From the sequence record PV593634.1: a DNA stretch of 64,000 bases. One strand, 5' to 3'. Position 1 is the stretch's first letter; the number at the start of each line of letters is the position of its first letter. A program made the translations under genes and the position numbers. Below, piece after piece: positions 35,387 through 46,313 of the stretch. The notes under the pieces were generated by a model that saw only the letters and a program-made list of their open reading frames with translations, made no database searches and was not told the origin of the DNA.

Positions 35387-37432
35387 ATGTCTACTAAAAC
35401 TCTGAAAAACCTCCTCATCACCATGATCGGTATCGAGAAGTTCACCTTCCCTCAACACCTTACCAATGGCGTGATGAATGGAGAAGACATCATCTCCAAA
35501 CTGGGTATCGTGGAAACTCAATACTTCCCAGTTAATATCCCTCACGATGAAGCTGTTATGCAGTTTACCTACGCAACCCAACAGGGTTATGGTAGCAACA
35601 TCCTGGATATGGCCAAAGAGCTGATCCATCGCCATAAGTGGGATGAAGCTGCTTTGATCGGTATGATCTATCAATGCTTCATTACAGAAGGTCTTATGGA
35701 TAAGCCAGAAATGCAACCATTCCTGAAAGGCACACCTAAACTGCAACGTGGTTCTGATGGGAAAGCTCGTGCTAAAACCTTCGAAGATATCAAACGCCAC
35801 TTCGCTTCATTCCGTAGCATGAAGAACAAACCGCTGACTCGCCTGGCTCGTAAACGTGCGATTATCAGTCTGATGCAGTTGGCTCGTTGGGATCAGGAAG
35901 AATTACTGAAGTCAATGTTCCCTGAACATACAGTAAAAATGCTCGGTCTATTGGTTGATGGCTGGGTGCGCTTTGTGGATATGTTAGGTGAAATACAGAA
36001 AGATATCACCGACAAACAAAACTTTATCAATAACGGTACTAAGGAAATGCACGTCGCTATGAAAGAAATGCATAACAAACCAGCTCAGGCACAGCATGAA
36101 GTTAAGCCAATCCACTTCCTGGGCCGTGACCACTATCAAGCTGAAGTAATGCCGGTCCCTACAACTGGCCCACAGGCGGCTGGATTTGTATGGGCTCTTT
36201 ATGACGCCCCTTATGGAAATGACGAAGATCGTAAACGCGCATACCAGCGTGTAATGTCTTATATTCATCGTCTATCTGCTAATCATCAGCAGCATGTCCT
36301 GGCGTCTATGAACATTAAAGAGAAAGATCCGCGTCAAGCCGGTCTGCTCGTAACCAAACTACTGCAGGAGCGTATCATGGGTGTTAAAGAAGAAACCAAA
36401 GTTAAGGTGAGCAAAGCAGTTGATGTTCAGGAAGCTCGTCTGTGGGTTGAGTTCAGTAAGGAATTCTCGGGTTATCCATTCGCCAAAGAAAATACTATCC
36501 TGAAGAACCCAGAAGAAGCTGTTGCTAAGTTCTTCCAATTCTTCCAAGAAGGCGTAACAAATCCAAAACAGATCCTTGTTAACATCAAGATGGTTTGCGG
36601 GTTCTTTGAACAGGCGACTTATGAAGCTAAAGTAGCGGTACTGACTCGCGTATTCCGTATCGACTATAGTTCTATTACACCAGACCAATTAGGTCGTGCA
36701 ATTATCAAGCTCACTAACGAATGGCTGTACAAAGGTTATATTCATAAAGTAGACGCTAAGCGCAATACTTTCTGCCCACAACAATTACAAGGAATCAATA
36801 TGAACGCACAACCTACAGTAACCATCATTGACGGTGATCACCCGGATATCGCTGACCAGCTGGAACGTATGTTTGTTAATGGTGGTATGAATGTATCCCG
36901 CCCTCAAGCATCACCAATGGCTATGGGTCCTACTACCAATATGTACCCTGGTAATTCAGCGAGCATGTTCGCTAACATCCCGGATACCTCTTACGAACGT
37001 AAACAGTTTGAAGAAAAGATCCTTAATTTAGTCAACGCCCAGATGTCATTGATGGTCCCATTCGAATCAGTAGAACACGAGAACATCACCCGTGAAACTC
37101 TGATCAAGAAAGCTATGGAACAGTACAAACCTAAACTGGGTGTCAAAGATCTACCTTCCCAGATAGTTTACCAGTTCCAAGGTCTGGATGTCAACGGTAA
37201 AGGTTTCATCACGACCAAATTACGTTACTGCCCATCAAAGACCAATGCTGTTTTCGAGTATCGTCATATATCCGGTAACCATGGTGGAACTATCGCCCAT
37301 ATTCAATGTACACCGGAACTCGCCTTATCGATTTTCGAAGAACTGAAACAAGCGTGGAAAAACGGTGATCACGATATGAAATCTATCGTTCATAAAACAG
37401 CTAAATTAGCTGGTTGTAAAATTATCTGCTAA
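35387..37432 (+). CDS. Large hypothetical protein
   Basis: 681 aa; no motif recognised. Confidence 0.8.
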   Translation: MSTKTLKNLLITMIGIEKFTFPQHLTNGVMNGEDIISKLGIVETQYFPVNIPHDEAVMQFTYATQQGYGSNILDMAKELIHRHKWDEAALIGMIYQCFITEGLMDKPEMQPFLKGTPKLQRGSDGKARAKTFEDIKRHFASFRSMKNKPLTRLARKRAIISLMQLARWDQEELLKSMFPEHTVKMLGLLVDGWVRFVDMLGEIQKDITDKQNFINNGTKEMHVAMKEMHNKPAQAQHEVKPIHFLGRDHYQAEVMPVPTTGPQAAGFVWALYDAPYGNDEDRKRAYQRVMSYIHRLSANHQQHVLASMNIKEKDPRQAGLLVTKLLQERIMGVKEETKVKVSKAVDVQEARLWVEFSKEFSGYPFAKENTILKNPEEAVAKFFQFFQEGVTNPKQILVNIKMVCGFFEQATYEAKVAVLTRVFRIDYSSITPDQLGRAIIKLTNEWLYKGYIHKVDAKRNTFCPQQLQGINMNAQPTVTIIDGDHPDIADQLERMFVNGGMNVSRPQASPMAMGPTTNMYPGNSASMFANIPDTSYERKQFEEKILNLVNAQMSLMVPFESVEHENITRETLIKKAMEQYKPKLGVKDLPSQIVYQFQGLDVNGKGFITTKLRYCPSKTNAVFEYRHISGNHGGTIAHIQCTPELALSIFEELKQAWKNGDHDMKSIVHKTAKLAGCKIIC

Positions 37433-37439
37433 GTAACAT

Positions 37440-37465
37440 CCCTCCTACCTTAACGGGTAGGAGGG
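37440..37465 (+). terminator. Intrinsic terminator
   Basis: CCCTCCTACC/GGTAGGAGGG plus T-tract. Confidence 0.85.
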
Positions 37466-37515
37466 TTTATTTTATATTCAATTTTCTTTTTGCTCAGGAC
37501 ATTTATTTTCAGACA

Positions 37516-37532
37516 AATATTATCTGCATGTA
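37516..37532 (+). promoter_or_regulatory. Phage promoter-like motif
   Basis: AATATTATCTGCATGTA. Confidence 0.6.
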
Positions 37533-37549
37533 TATCTAAGGAGATTAAA

Positions 37550-37996
37550 ATGACCAAGACTGAAGTGGCGATTCACCATCAGTTGATCGGTTTAGCAAGG
37601 AACATCCTGGCATCCCGGTTAAAGAAAGAACCAGATCTTTACAATACCTCGACTTCCTATCATAACCCACAATTCCCAGATATCCATATGTCGGTTATGT
37701 ACTTACCGATTGATAATGATAAAGGAACCGTCCACGATTATTACGCTATTGGCGTGAAGACATCTCCCAACCAGATTCCGGTTGACTTAATGGATATCTA
37801 TTTTACTGATGATGGTATCTATATGCGATTTCAAGGTGTCGAAGTCAAATCCGGGTGTCATATAACCGGACAAGTTCTTAAAGCAGAGTTACAGGTGAAC
37901 TGGCTTGGTGTGGCCGTAAGGAGTAATTATCCGTTACGACTATTGCTTCAAGAGTTCGAGGATAAACTAAATGCAAACAAGAAAGATAGTAAGTAG
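37550..37996 (+). CDS. Hypothetical protein
   Basis: AAGGAG RBS before ATG 37550. Confidence 0.7.
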   Translation: MTKTEVAIHHQLIGLARNILASRLKKEPDLYNTSTSYHNPQFPDIHMSVMYLPIDNDKGTVHDYYAIGVKTSPNQIPVDLMDIYFTDDGIYMRFQGVEVKSGCHITGQVLKAELQVNWLGVAVRSNYPLRLLLQEFEDKLNANKKDSK

Positions 37997-38345
37997 CATA
38001 CTTGAGGACGCCCTATTCCAAAGAGAAGCTAAACCGTATAAGAACGTGTACTTTATCAAACCACTTAACCCAGGGGACCGAAAACAGTTCTTCTGTAGTT
38101 TCCGTTTTAAAACCTCTAAAGGTGAAGTGTTGTTGTGCCGAGTTGAAATCAACTTGGAATACGAGAACAATACCGTATACGGTATTAGTTTGCTGAAACC
38201 GAGAGAACGTGAATCTATCACCTTCTTCCGTAAACGTCAACGTATCGTTGGCAAATCTATTCTTGAAATCATTCAGTCCGTTGTAGTCCCAGTACTCACG
38301 GATAAAATAAATAAAGTGGAGAGTATGTATGAACAAAGCATCTGA
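37971..38345 (+). CDS. Hypothetical protein
   Basis: 124 aa. Confidence 0.65.
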   Translation: MQTRKIVSSILEDALFQREAKPYKNVYFIKPLNPGDRKQFFCSFRFKTSKGEVLLCRVEINLEYENNTVYGISLLKPRERESITFFRKRQRIVGKSILEIIQSVVVPVLTDKINKVESMYEQSI

Positions 38346-38727
38346 AGCAGTAAAACAATTCGCTAAAATGAAAGTTACCCAGATCGCTACATCTCTGATC
38401 GGTAAACAGATCCCTAATCTTTACAAGATCGAAGACCAATTAGGTTTCGGCATTCGTATTAGTGAGGGTGAATTAAACTTCGGCTTGTATGTAACCGCAG
38501 CTCCCGTAGAAGAAGCAGGTCCAGGTAACTTCCTGTTCACACTGGGTGCGATGTTCTATCAGCCAGCGGTAGTTCGCCAGGGTTATCAATTTGAACCTGT
38601 TCCTCTGGGACGTATGGTTGAAATGCAATATCCGCTATATGCGGAAGACGAGCAGGAACTTACAGATGGCATCATGCAGATTCTGATTGATGAATCTGAG
38701 AATATCATTTGTCAGTTACTGGAATAA
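38329..38727 (+). CDS. Hypothetical protein
   Basis: 132 aa. Confidence 0.7.
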   Translation: MNKASEAVKQFAKMKVTQIATSLIGKQIPNLYKIEDQLGFGIRISEGELNFGLYVTAAPVEEAGPGNFLFTLGAMFYQPAVVRQGYQFEPVPLGRMVEMQYPLYAEDEQELTDGIMQILIDESENIICQLLE

Positions 38728-38844
38728 CTCCTAGAAGCCTCTAGGAAAGCTTTAATAAGGTTTAACTGACGTTTGTATTATGTAGAGAAGTAAAGCTCTT
38801 AGAAATCATTCTACGAGTTCAATCCCAAACAAAGGAAATAAGAA

Positions 38845-39795
38845 ATGAGCAAAGATTTTAACCTGTACTCTTGCGGTGGCGCTGGTGTTGGTGTTCTGAA
38901 TACTTATTTGACAGAAGGACGTGGTTCACGCTTCATCGATCAAATCGTTGCTATGGATACTTCCGAAGCCAACCCGGTAACTGATGGACTGTATCCATTA
39001 GAACTGGTTTCTGGTGTAGAAGGTTCTGGTGGCAACCGTAAGGCGCATGCCGATAAGTATGCTGACTTCGTTAAGCAAGTATTCGCTAAATACGCGCCAA
39101 ACAAAATTAACATCCTGACCTACTCACTGTCTGGTGGTACTGGTGCTTCTATGGGTCCGTATGCGTTACGCTACCTGCTCCAGAAGAAACTCCCAACCAT
39201 CGTTCTGTGTATCGGTGACCGTTCTACCGTTAATGAAGAGAAGAACACCGTTGAAGCATTGGGCTCAATGTACAACCAGTGCAAACTCGGCGTACCAGTT
39301 ATCTTTATTTACCTGGAAAACGGTATCGATGTATCCCAGGGTCAGATCAACAAACGTGCTGCATCGGAAATCGATAACGCCATCATGATGTTCAACCTGG
39401 AAAACGAACGTATTGACTATGCTGACGTGAAGAACTTCTTCTTCTTTACCGATGTTACTCAAGCCGATCCGATTATGTCTCAGCTGACCTTCCTGACTGA
39501 GAACGAACTGGGGAAATACGATCGTAAGCCAGTGGCAGCAATCAGTCTGTACAACAACATTGACGAAATCAAAGTACCGTTCGAAAACATGTTGTATCGC
39601 AAGTCTGGTCTGTTCGGTGAATCTTTCTCCGGCATGATTAACCCGGTACACGCAGTTCTGGATCACGGCTCAACTTTGGATAGCTTGAAAGAGCTGATCG
39701 CTAAGCGTGAAACCAAGAACAACGAACTGGCTGGTCAATTCCGTAATAAAGAAGCCGATCTGTTCGGTGCATCTGACGACGACGGAATGATCTAA
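38845..39795 (+). CDS. phuZ: PhuZ phage tubulin
   Basis: CGGAG loop, GSGGNR, tubulin/FtsZ signature SLSGGTGASMG, acidic tail; 316 aa. Confidence 0.92.
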   Translation: MSKDFNLYSCGGAGVGVLNTYLTEGRGSRFIDQIVAMDTSEANPVTDGLYPLELVSGVEGSGGNRKAHADKYADFVKQVFAKYAPNKINILTYSLSGGTGASMGPYALRYLLQKKLPTIVLCIGDRSTVNEEKNTVEALGSMYNQCKLGVPVIFIYLENGIDVSQGQINKRAASEIDNAIMMFNLENERIDYADVKNFFFFTDVTQADPIMSQLTFLTENELGKYDRKPVAAISLYNNIDEIKVPFENMLYRKSGLFGESFSGMINPVHAVLDHGSTLDSLKELIAKRETKNNELAGQFRNKEADLFGASDDDGMI

Positions 39796-39834
39796 CTAAT
39801 GGAGGCCCTGGGGTAGCTCAGGGCTTTTTAGCTT

Positions 39835-40125
39835 ATGAAAATAATGTTCAATCTGGCAGGACAACGTAGTGCATTAAACACGGTATCGGAAAACGATATT
39901 GGAACAGCCCACGCTATTCTGAGTATGATCTGTTCCGATTATGGTCTACCGGTTGATCCAGGTTTCTTTGATCCAGGTGCTTCTATCAGCCATCAGGTTG
40001 TATATGAAACTATTAAGGATCACGCAGACGAGAAACTGTTATGTGTTCCCACTCCTGACATTGCCGTATTAACCGATCTGGGTAATCTGCAATTTCAACT
40101 AACTTTACATAATCGAGAGACGTAA
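39835..40125 (+). CDS. Hypothetical protein
   Basis: 96 aa. Confidence 0.6.
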   Translation: MKIMFNLAGQRSALNTVSENDIGTAHAILSMICSDYGLPVDPGFFDPGASISHQVVYETIKDHADEKLLCVPTPDIAVLTDLGNLQFQLTLHNRET

Positions 40126-40604
40126 TGTTTAATATCGATAGACAGTCACTTAACGCAGCTATCGCTATATCTTTAGAACCCAATCTTCACAATGTGGAGG
40201 ATAAACGTTCTGTTCACATCCAGTACTTTCATATCGTAATAAATTGCGCTGTCGCTTGCATGAACTCTAAGTTCCGAAACATCGATGACGCAATTGAAGA
40301 ACAGTATGACCGATTCCCAGATGACCGCAACATGATACACCTGGGTGAAGTTATCCGTCAATTAGTAGTCGATATGAAGATGCAGTTTATACAAGCAGGT
40401 TTTGATTCCCGTCTTAAGTATAAACTCATCACCAGGAAAGTTCATTCCTACACGCTGTACGCCATCGGAATGGATATCGAAGAAACGGTTCGTTCTTTCA
40501 ATGATTCTCTCCCAACTGAGGAAGAAATCCTGCAAGAAGAACTTCCAAACGCAGTGACTGAGGAGCCAAGTCTTGACCAGCTCAACGCAGCATATAACTG
40601 GTGA
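40125..40604 (+). CDS. Conserved hypothetical protein
   Basis: 159 aa between phuZ and DNA polymerase. Confidence 0.65.
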   Translation: MFNIDRQSLNAAIAISLEPNLHNVEDKRSVHIQYFHIVINCAVACMNSKFRNIDDAIEEQYDRFPDDRNMIHLGEVIRQLVVDMKMQFIQAGFDSRLKYKLITRKVHSYTLYAIGMDIEETVRSFNDSLPTEEEILQEELPNAVTEEPSLDQLNAAYNW

Positions 40605-41145
40605 GTTATTAGCGCTAGGACGTTTCGATAAAGATATCGAGGCTTACCTTGATACTAAGAAACATTTGTCAGCTTCTACTATAGAAGAAAAGGATGTACC
40701 TGCGATTGTCGAAGCGTTACGCATCTGGTTAGTTAAGAATGTGGGTTGCTTTAATATCATTGGTGATTATCATCGGCCCATCAGTCTGACACTGCACTAT
40801 GACCACGATGCCTTAACCGAGGAGTTTGATGAACTGTTATTAAGCTTCCGTGATTGGTTACAATTGACATTCGGGATCGATACCAAGGTTGAACATAACT
40901 TGCTACGTTATATGCGCAGCGATACGTTTATGATGATCGATGGAGAAATCCCGGTTGATTTAATACCCCCTCCTCTGTTCGAGGAAGAGGTCGATCATGA
41001 AGTTAATGAAATGATTGGATTTATCGAAGAGTTTGAACAACTGCTCGAAGATAAGGTCGGCCATAACTTTAATATTAAACAGTTCATGGAATATATCCTA
41101 CCTACAACACAACGTGCCGATGTAGTTAAGATGTTCCAAGTCTAA
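40573..41145 (+). CDS. Conserved hypothetical protein
   Basis: TTG start after AGGAG; start uncertain. Confidence 0.6.
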   Translation: MTSSTQHITGELLALGRFDKDIEAYLDTKKHLSASTIEEKDVPAIVEALRIWLVKNVGCFNIIGDYHRPISLTLHYDHDALTEEFDELLLSFRDWLQLTFGIDTKVEHNLLRYMRSDTFMMIDGEIPVDLIPPPLFEEEVDHEVNEMIGFIEEFEQLLEDKVGHNFNIKQFMEYILPTTQRADVVKMFQV

Positions 41146-41149
41146 GGAG

Positions 41150-41464
41150 ATGAGAGTGAGTAGAGTAACGTCCATCCCCATCTACCCACTCCTCCGTGTT
41201 ATTAAACGGTATGGGTTAGATAAACGTACTGTATTTAAAATCGTATTGGGTTTCCTCTCGCATAGACGGGAGGAGATCCTTAATGCACAACTGTCCAAAT
41301 GCTCTAGTTCATTTGACATTAGTTTAAAAATTGAATTGAGACCCATTCTATACGAATTAATTAGTGAGCTTGACCATTCGGATAATGTGAAAGAATACTT
41401 TATCCTTAACGGTCGTTTCTATATAAAGGACATAAATGATGAACACGATTCAAGCAAATGGTGA
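41150..41464 (+). CDS. Conserved hypothetical protein
   Basis: 104 aa. Confidence 0.6.
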   Translation: MRVSRVTSIPIYPLLRVIKRYGLDKRTVFKIVLGFLSHRREEILNAQLSKCSSSFDISLKIELRPILYELISELDHSDNVKEYFILNGRFYIKDINDEHDSSKW

Positions 41465-41762
41465 ACAACCTTTAGCACTGTACAGTCACAACTTAACTCA
41501 CCCTGGCGTCCCATTAATGATGCTGATCAGTTCAGTCGCATTACTATTATCTGCCCGTGGTGTTAAACACGAACTTCCCATCGATCCGACTTTCACATCG
41601 GAATCTATGGTCTGCGGTACAAAAGAAGTAGATGATCGTTTCATGTCCGATTATCTACAATTTAACATGATGGTCGATGGATTGGTGAGACAATATAACG
41701 TTGTCCAAGTTAAAGCCCGATCCAACGGCTCAACTTTAATGATGACCATAAGTTGCTACTAA
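41436..41762 (+). CDS. Conserved hypothetical protein
   Basis: 108 aa. Confidence 0.6.
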   Translation: MMNTIQANGEQPLALYSHNLTHPGVPLMMLISSVALLLSARGVKHELPIDPTFTSESMVCGTKEVDDRFMSDYLQFNMMVDGLVRQYNVVQVKARSNGSTLMMTISCY

Positions 41763-41771
41763 GGCGGCACT

Positions 41772-42401
41772 ATGCATGTGAACTTGAATTGCTTCGACTA
41801 CAACGAGCTGATTGCCGGTATCGTCGAGCACTATGGTTTATCTGATTCCGAAATCACGGATGAAGGTATTACCAAAATCTTTGAGGATTTATCCGAACGT
41901 TTTGCCCAACGTCGTATTCGCGTATTGGATGAGACTGAGATCAAGATGGTCGAAGATTTCCTGAAGATGGCTGTTAGTTATAAAGAGTTCGGCCAAGATA
42001 GCGATGGTCCGGGTTATCTCGAATACATCGCAGAAAGCTTAAAGGAATCTCTGGAACGTCTTCATGTTGAATTGGTACAGGGTGTTGATGACCTTTATAA
42101 CGACTTTATTGAACGTTATGTTTTAGGTCACCCAGACTTTGACTTTGAAGACGATGTTGAATCCGCTTCCACTTTGTTTATAGAGTATCTGGAAGCAGCT
42201 GTTGAAGACTATATGGATATGACTGGTCGTCGTGATTTCACAGCAGGAGAGTTGTTTATCCTGGGTCAAATCGAGAACTATACCAAGCCGTGTGAAATTG
42301 TTGTGGATATCACGGTCGTTCCATTGCCAGGTAAAATCGTTAAGTATCGGGATTCTTTGATAACGTTCCCGCTTATCTTAATTGAGGTTACTGAACAATG
42401 A
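41772..42401 (+). CDS. Conserved hypothetical acidic protein
   Basis: 209 aa. Confidence 0.65.
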   Translation: MHVNLNCFDYNELIAGIVEHYGLSDSEITDEGITKIFEDLSERFAQRRIRVLDETEIKMVEDFLKMAVSYKEFGQDSDGPGYLEYIAESLKESLERLHVELVQGVDDLYNDFIERYVLGHPDFDFEDDVESASTLFIEYLEAAVEDYMDMTGRRDFTAGELFILGQIENYTKPCEIVVDITVVPLPGKIVKYRDSLITFPLILIEVTEQ

Positions 42402-42820
42402 GCGATCTGAATCTACTCAAGAAAGGTGACATCGTTAACTTCGATATGATTCGTCCAGGTATCTTTGGTGCGCAGTATAAAGCTGCGCTCATCACCGGTA
42501 TCATCGATTACGAAACAGCTCGGATTATCGATCCAGACATCTATAACAAACACCAGGCATTCTACCCGTTCTTTAAAGATTCGGTAGATAACGTAAATGA
42601 TCCGTCCATCTATAACTACATGGCACTTCAGCTTGATCCAACCAAAGCTGGTCGTACAGTAATTGGGTTTCCATGGATCGACAAGGACTCGTTGAAAACG
42701 ATCCAGTCACGTTATGCCCAAGTTATTATTCAGAACTTCCAGGAATACCAACGTCCAACGTTAATCGATTTCTTAGAAGGACTGAACGTTACTTATGTAT
42801 TAACTGTAACAGACCAATAA
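42398..42820 (+). CDS. Conserved hypothetical protein
   Basis: 140 aa, directly upstream of DNA polymerase. Confidence 0.65.
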   Translation: MSDLNLLKKGDIVNFDMIRPGIFGAQYKAALITGIIDYETARIIDPDIYNKHQAFYPFFKDSVDNVNDPSIYNYMALQLDPTKAGRTVIGFPWIDKDSLKTIQSRYAQVIIQNFQEYQRPTLIDFLEGLNVTYVLTVTDQ

Positions 42821-42910
42821 CTTTAACTCATTACTGAGCTTACCATAAGGTAGGCTCGGTAATTACTTTACCCAATACTTATTTTTTTATCTCAAGATGA
42901 GGGAATCGAA

Positions 42911-44983
42911 ATGTCATCTGCGGGACCATTCCTCTCAGAAGAATATTCAAGCGATCGCAATATCACCAAACATGCGATGGACCAATATGCGATGGTTATT
43001 GCTCGCACTAAAGGTTTAAATGAAGAAGAAGTTCGTGCTAACTTAGTTGAGTACTTTAAGGCTAACCAGGAAAAGTTCCGTTCACGTCGTGCTAAAGTTA
43101 TTATCAAGAACAAACATGAAGACCGTGAACTGAAAGTTATCCCTTTAAGTGGTGTATTCAAACACGTTCAGGCAAACAACTATCACTTCTCTCCTTCTAT
43201 GGTTGCTTACACCAACTCAGATAAAGAAGAGTGTGTAAACTCAATCGGTACACGTTTATTCATTGATAACCGTAAACATTATAAAGATCTTCGTCAGTCT
43301 GTTCCTAAGGGTAGTGAGTTGTATGGCAAATACCACGAACTCCAAAACGCCTTTAAGATCTTTAACAACGCACAGTCTGGAGCTATGTCTTCAGAAGGTA
43401 CACCGATCAACAACAAAACAGGTCATACGTCTCTGACATCTACTTGTCGTTGTTTGACCTCTACAGCTAACCTGATCAACGAACAGTTCATCGCTGGTAA
43501 CCGTTTCTATAACACACCAGAGAACACGTTACAGGCGATGGTAGCGAGACTGAAGGTTACGGACTATAAAGCTTTAGAATGTGTTATGGAGAAATATAAA
43601 CTTCATTACGCTACAGTCGAAGACGTCATGAATCAGGTAGCGCATTGTTCTCGTCGTTATTGGGAATCTGACAAACATACTCGCATCATCCGTGAGTTTG
43701 TTGAAGGTATCTCAGGACTGGAACGTTCAGCTATCCTTTATACTCTCGACCTGGTACAACTGTTCCAGCATAACAAAGAACAAGTCTCTACTTTCTTTGA
43801 CCGTTGGGTTGAAATGAATCCAGTCGCTGAAGGCAAAGAAGAGAAAGATTACCTGAAACCTGATAATGGTGATAAGTATGTTCTGTGTATTTCCAAGCTG
43901 CCTGCTAAATCTCCTAAGGTTGCTATCAACGCACTGAACGAACTGCATGATAAAGTTGAGCGTGATTACTCTGACTTCATTAATGTCTTCTTCCATTCAT
44001 CTATTCCTCCATCAGGTCTGTTCGATGTTGTATCCGCTGTACGTGATTGTGTACTGACTTCCGATACTGACTCCTCCATTTATACGGTGGATGAAATGAT
44101 CGAAGCATATACTGATGACCGTGATAAAGGCGTTAAACTTAACGCTGTATTGACTTACTTCATTCGCATGATTTCTGTTGACCAACACCAACAGCTGTCC
44201 GCTAACCTGAACGTAACGAAGAAGAACCTTCGTATGCTGGGTATGAAGAACGAATACTACTTTGGTGCTTACGTGACCACTCTGATGTCAAAACACTATT
44301 ATGCAAGCCAGCTTATGGTTGAAGGGGTTATGAACCCAGAGATGGATATGGAAATCAAAGGTGTTCACCTTAAGTCATCTAAGATCGCCAGTAACATTAA
44401 AGACTTCGCACAGAAGTTAATGACTGATACCGTAATCGCTATTGAGAAGAAGCAAACTCTGAATGCTGCCGAAACCTTAAAAGAGATTGGGGATCTGGAA
44501 CGCACAATTGTTGAAGATATTACAGCTGGTGATTGGAAGTGGTTATCCCGTCAGGGTGTTAAAGCCGCAGCGGCTTATTCCAAACCAATGGCTTCTGTAT
44601 ACTTCTACCATGAACTGTGGGAAAACGTATTTGCTGATAAATACGGCCCAGCTCCTGAGCTTCCGTATGTCGGTGTTAAAATGTCAGTGGACTTAGGTTC
44701 TAAATCCAAGGTCAAAGAGTATCTTGAAAAGATCGAAGATAAAGAACTGTTAGAACGTTTCGAGAAGTTTATGGAGAAAGCTGGTCGTACCGATTTAGGT
44801 AACTTGGTTGTTCCGATGGAACGTCTTCAGTTTATGAATGACATCCCTGTAGAAATCAAACAAGCGATCGATTACCGTACCATCATTAAGCAGAACCTGA
44901 AGTGTGTTTATGAAGTATTAAACTCCACAGGTCTGTACTTTATGAACAACTCAATCACTCGTTTAGTATCAGACGAACACTAA
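42911..44983 (+). CDS. DNA polymerase, divergent family B polymerase part (phiKZ gp50-like)
   Basis: KIFNNAQSG (motif B-like), SDTDSSIY (motif C-like), KNEY, KHYY, EIKG; synteny with chimallin. Confidence 0.85.
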   Translation: MSSAGPFLSEEYSSDRNITKHAMDQYAMVIARTKGLNEEEVRANLVEYFKANQEKFRSRRAKVIIKNKHEDRELKVIPLSGVFKHVQANNYHFSPSMVAYTNSDKEECVNSIGTRLFIDNRKHYKDLRQSVPKGSELYGKYHELQNAFKIFNNAQSGAMSSEGTPINNKTGHTSLTSTCRCLTSTANLINEQFIAGNRFYNTPENTLQAMVARLKVTDYKALECVMEKYKLHYATVEDVMNQVAHCSRRYWESDKHTRIIREFVEGISGLERSAILYTLDLVQLFQHNKEQVSTFFDRWVEMNPVAEGKEEKDYLKPDNGDKYVLCISKLPAKSPKVAINALNELHDKVERDYSDFINVFFHSSIPPSGLFDVVSAVRDCVLTSDTDSSIYTVDEMIEAYTDDRDKGVKLNAVLTYFIRMISVDQHQQLSANLNVTKKNLRMLGMKNEYYFGAYVTTLMSKHYYASQLMVEGVMNPEMDMEIKGVHLKSSKIASNIKDFAQKLMTDTVIAIEKKQTLNAAETLKEIGDLERTIVEDITAGDWKWLSRQGVKAAAAYSKPMASVYFYHELWENVFADKYGPAPELPYVGVKMSVDLGSKSKVKEYLEKIEDKELLERFEKFMEKAGRTDLGNLVVPMERLQFMNDIPVEIKQAIDYRTIIKQNLKCVYEVLNSTGLYFMNNSITRLVSDEH

Positions 44984-45004
44984 TAATCATATGTAAACAT
45001 ATTG

Positions 45005-45033
45005 AACCCTACCTCGCTGATGCGGGTAGGGTT
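45005..45033. terminator. Terminator hairpin between convergent genes
   Basis: AACCCTACC/GGTAGGGTT. Confidence 0.7.
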
Positions 45034-45049
45034 CGTGACGAATATATGT

Positions 45050-46141
45050 TTACCGTAGTCTACTGACTTTTTCATGCAACATGCTGAAGTGACCTTTCCA
45101 CACATCTGACTGTATCTGGTTTTCTTGTGTTCCTACAGGCTGTAAGTAATAAGCATTAAGTTCCGCTTTCAACTTACCATCAACAGTTCCCATTAAGTTG
45201 TTATACTTAAGGTAGTGCTGAACCATACCCAGAGATGCCATAGACCACACCCAAGACATCTGAACAAAGAAGGTTGACTTACCCACAACTGGGAAGATCA
45301 TCTTGTTCTGATCGACTGAGATGTTCACAACGTTGTTTACTTGCATGAAGTTACTAAACGACTTCATAGGCTGAGACATCAAGTAACGGTTCTTCCAATC
45401 AGTATACTGTTCTAACTGTTGGAAGTATGGTTCTACAGCAAACGACCCTTTAACCAGATTGAACTTCTTAGCTTCACCATTTAAGTAGTTAAAGTTAACC
45501 AACTCGTTATGGTACAGATAAAGGTTCATTAAAGGATAAGCTGCTAAATAACCATGTGGACTGTTACCCCAATCCGTTCCCCGTTTTAACCAACGATAGA
45601 AACCGATAATCAATGCGTAGGGATCAACCTGAACAACTGTATATAAAGGAGAGGGATTCTTGTGCTCCTTCGTATCGATCAAGTCCATGATGTTCCAGCG
45701 CTGTTTATAGTCGTTGGTATAGATGGGGAATAAAGGAACGAGTTCATTTATTTCTTTAGTGAAGTAACCATCTATTTGCTGACGAGAAGGTTTGTCAAAA
45801 GGAACCACGATAAGTGTATTGTGATTCGACTCAGGATACAAACTGAGTAAATGGTTCTTCCCTCTATTATAGAGCGATGTGAAGTCAACGGAACTAGCAC
45901 GCTGGTTCAAGTGCATATCGATTACATTAATTAAGTAATCAGGTTCCCATTCTTCGTTCACGTTAAACAAAAGCAAAAATTGTACTAGTGGATTTTCGTT
46001 AGGTAAGACCCTGTTGCCTAGGTTGATGTACTTCTCAAAGTTATCATCATTCCTTGCCATGATGCGTCTTAAGTTACCTAGCGTTCCCCACTCAGCTACA
46101 GAGTAGTTTAAACCATTAGGAGAAAGCTTAAAGTAAGACAT
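45050..46141 (-). CDS. Conserved protein (phiKZ gp52-like position)
   Basis: 363 aa, antisense between polymerase and chimallin. Confidence 0.6.
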   Translation of the reverse strand: MSYFKLSPNGLNYSVAEWGTLGNLRRIMARNDDNFEKYINLGNRVLPNENPLVQFLLLFNVNEEWEPDYLINVIDMHLNQRASSVDFTSLYNRGKNHLLSLYPESNHNTLIVVPFDKPSRQQIDGYFTKEINELVPLFPIYTNDYKQRWNIMDLIDTKEHKNPSPLYTVVQVDPYALIIGFYRWLKRGTDWGNSPHGYLAAYPLMNLYLYHNELVNFNYLNGEAKKFNLVKGSFAVEPYFQQLEQYTDWKNRYLMSQPMKSFSNFMQVNNVVNISVDQNKMIFPVVGKSTFFVQMSWVWSMASLGMVQHYLKYNNLMGTVDGKLKAELNAYYLQPVGTQENQIQSDVWKGHFSMLHEKVSRLR

Positions 46142-46313
46142 TATAAAAAGCCCTTAATAGATTCTGCATTAATTAATTACAGAACTATTCCATTATATGT
46201 AAAAATAACTTTCAAGGGTTTCCTTGAAAGCTAGACGCAAGTCGAATGTCTGTTTCCGTTTATACATACGATTTAAAGATCTAAATTTTATACTGCCTAT
46301 AATTTTTCAAGTC

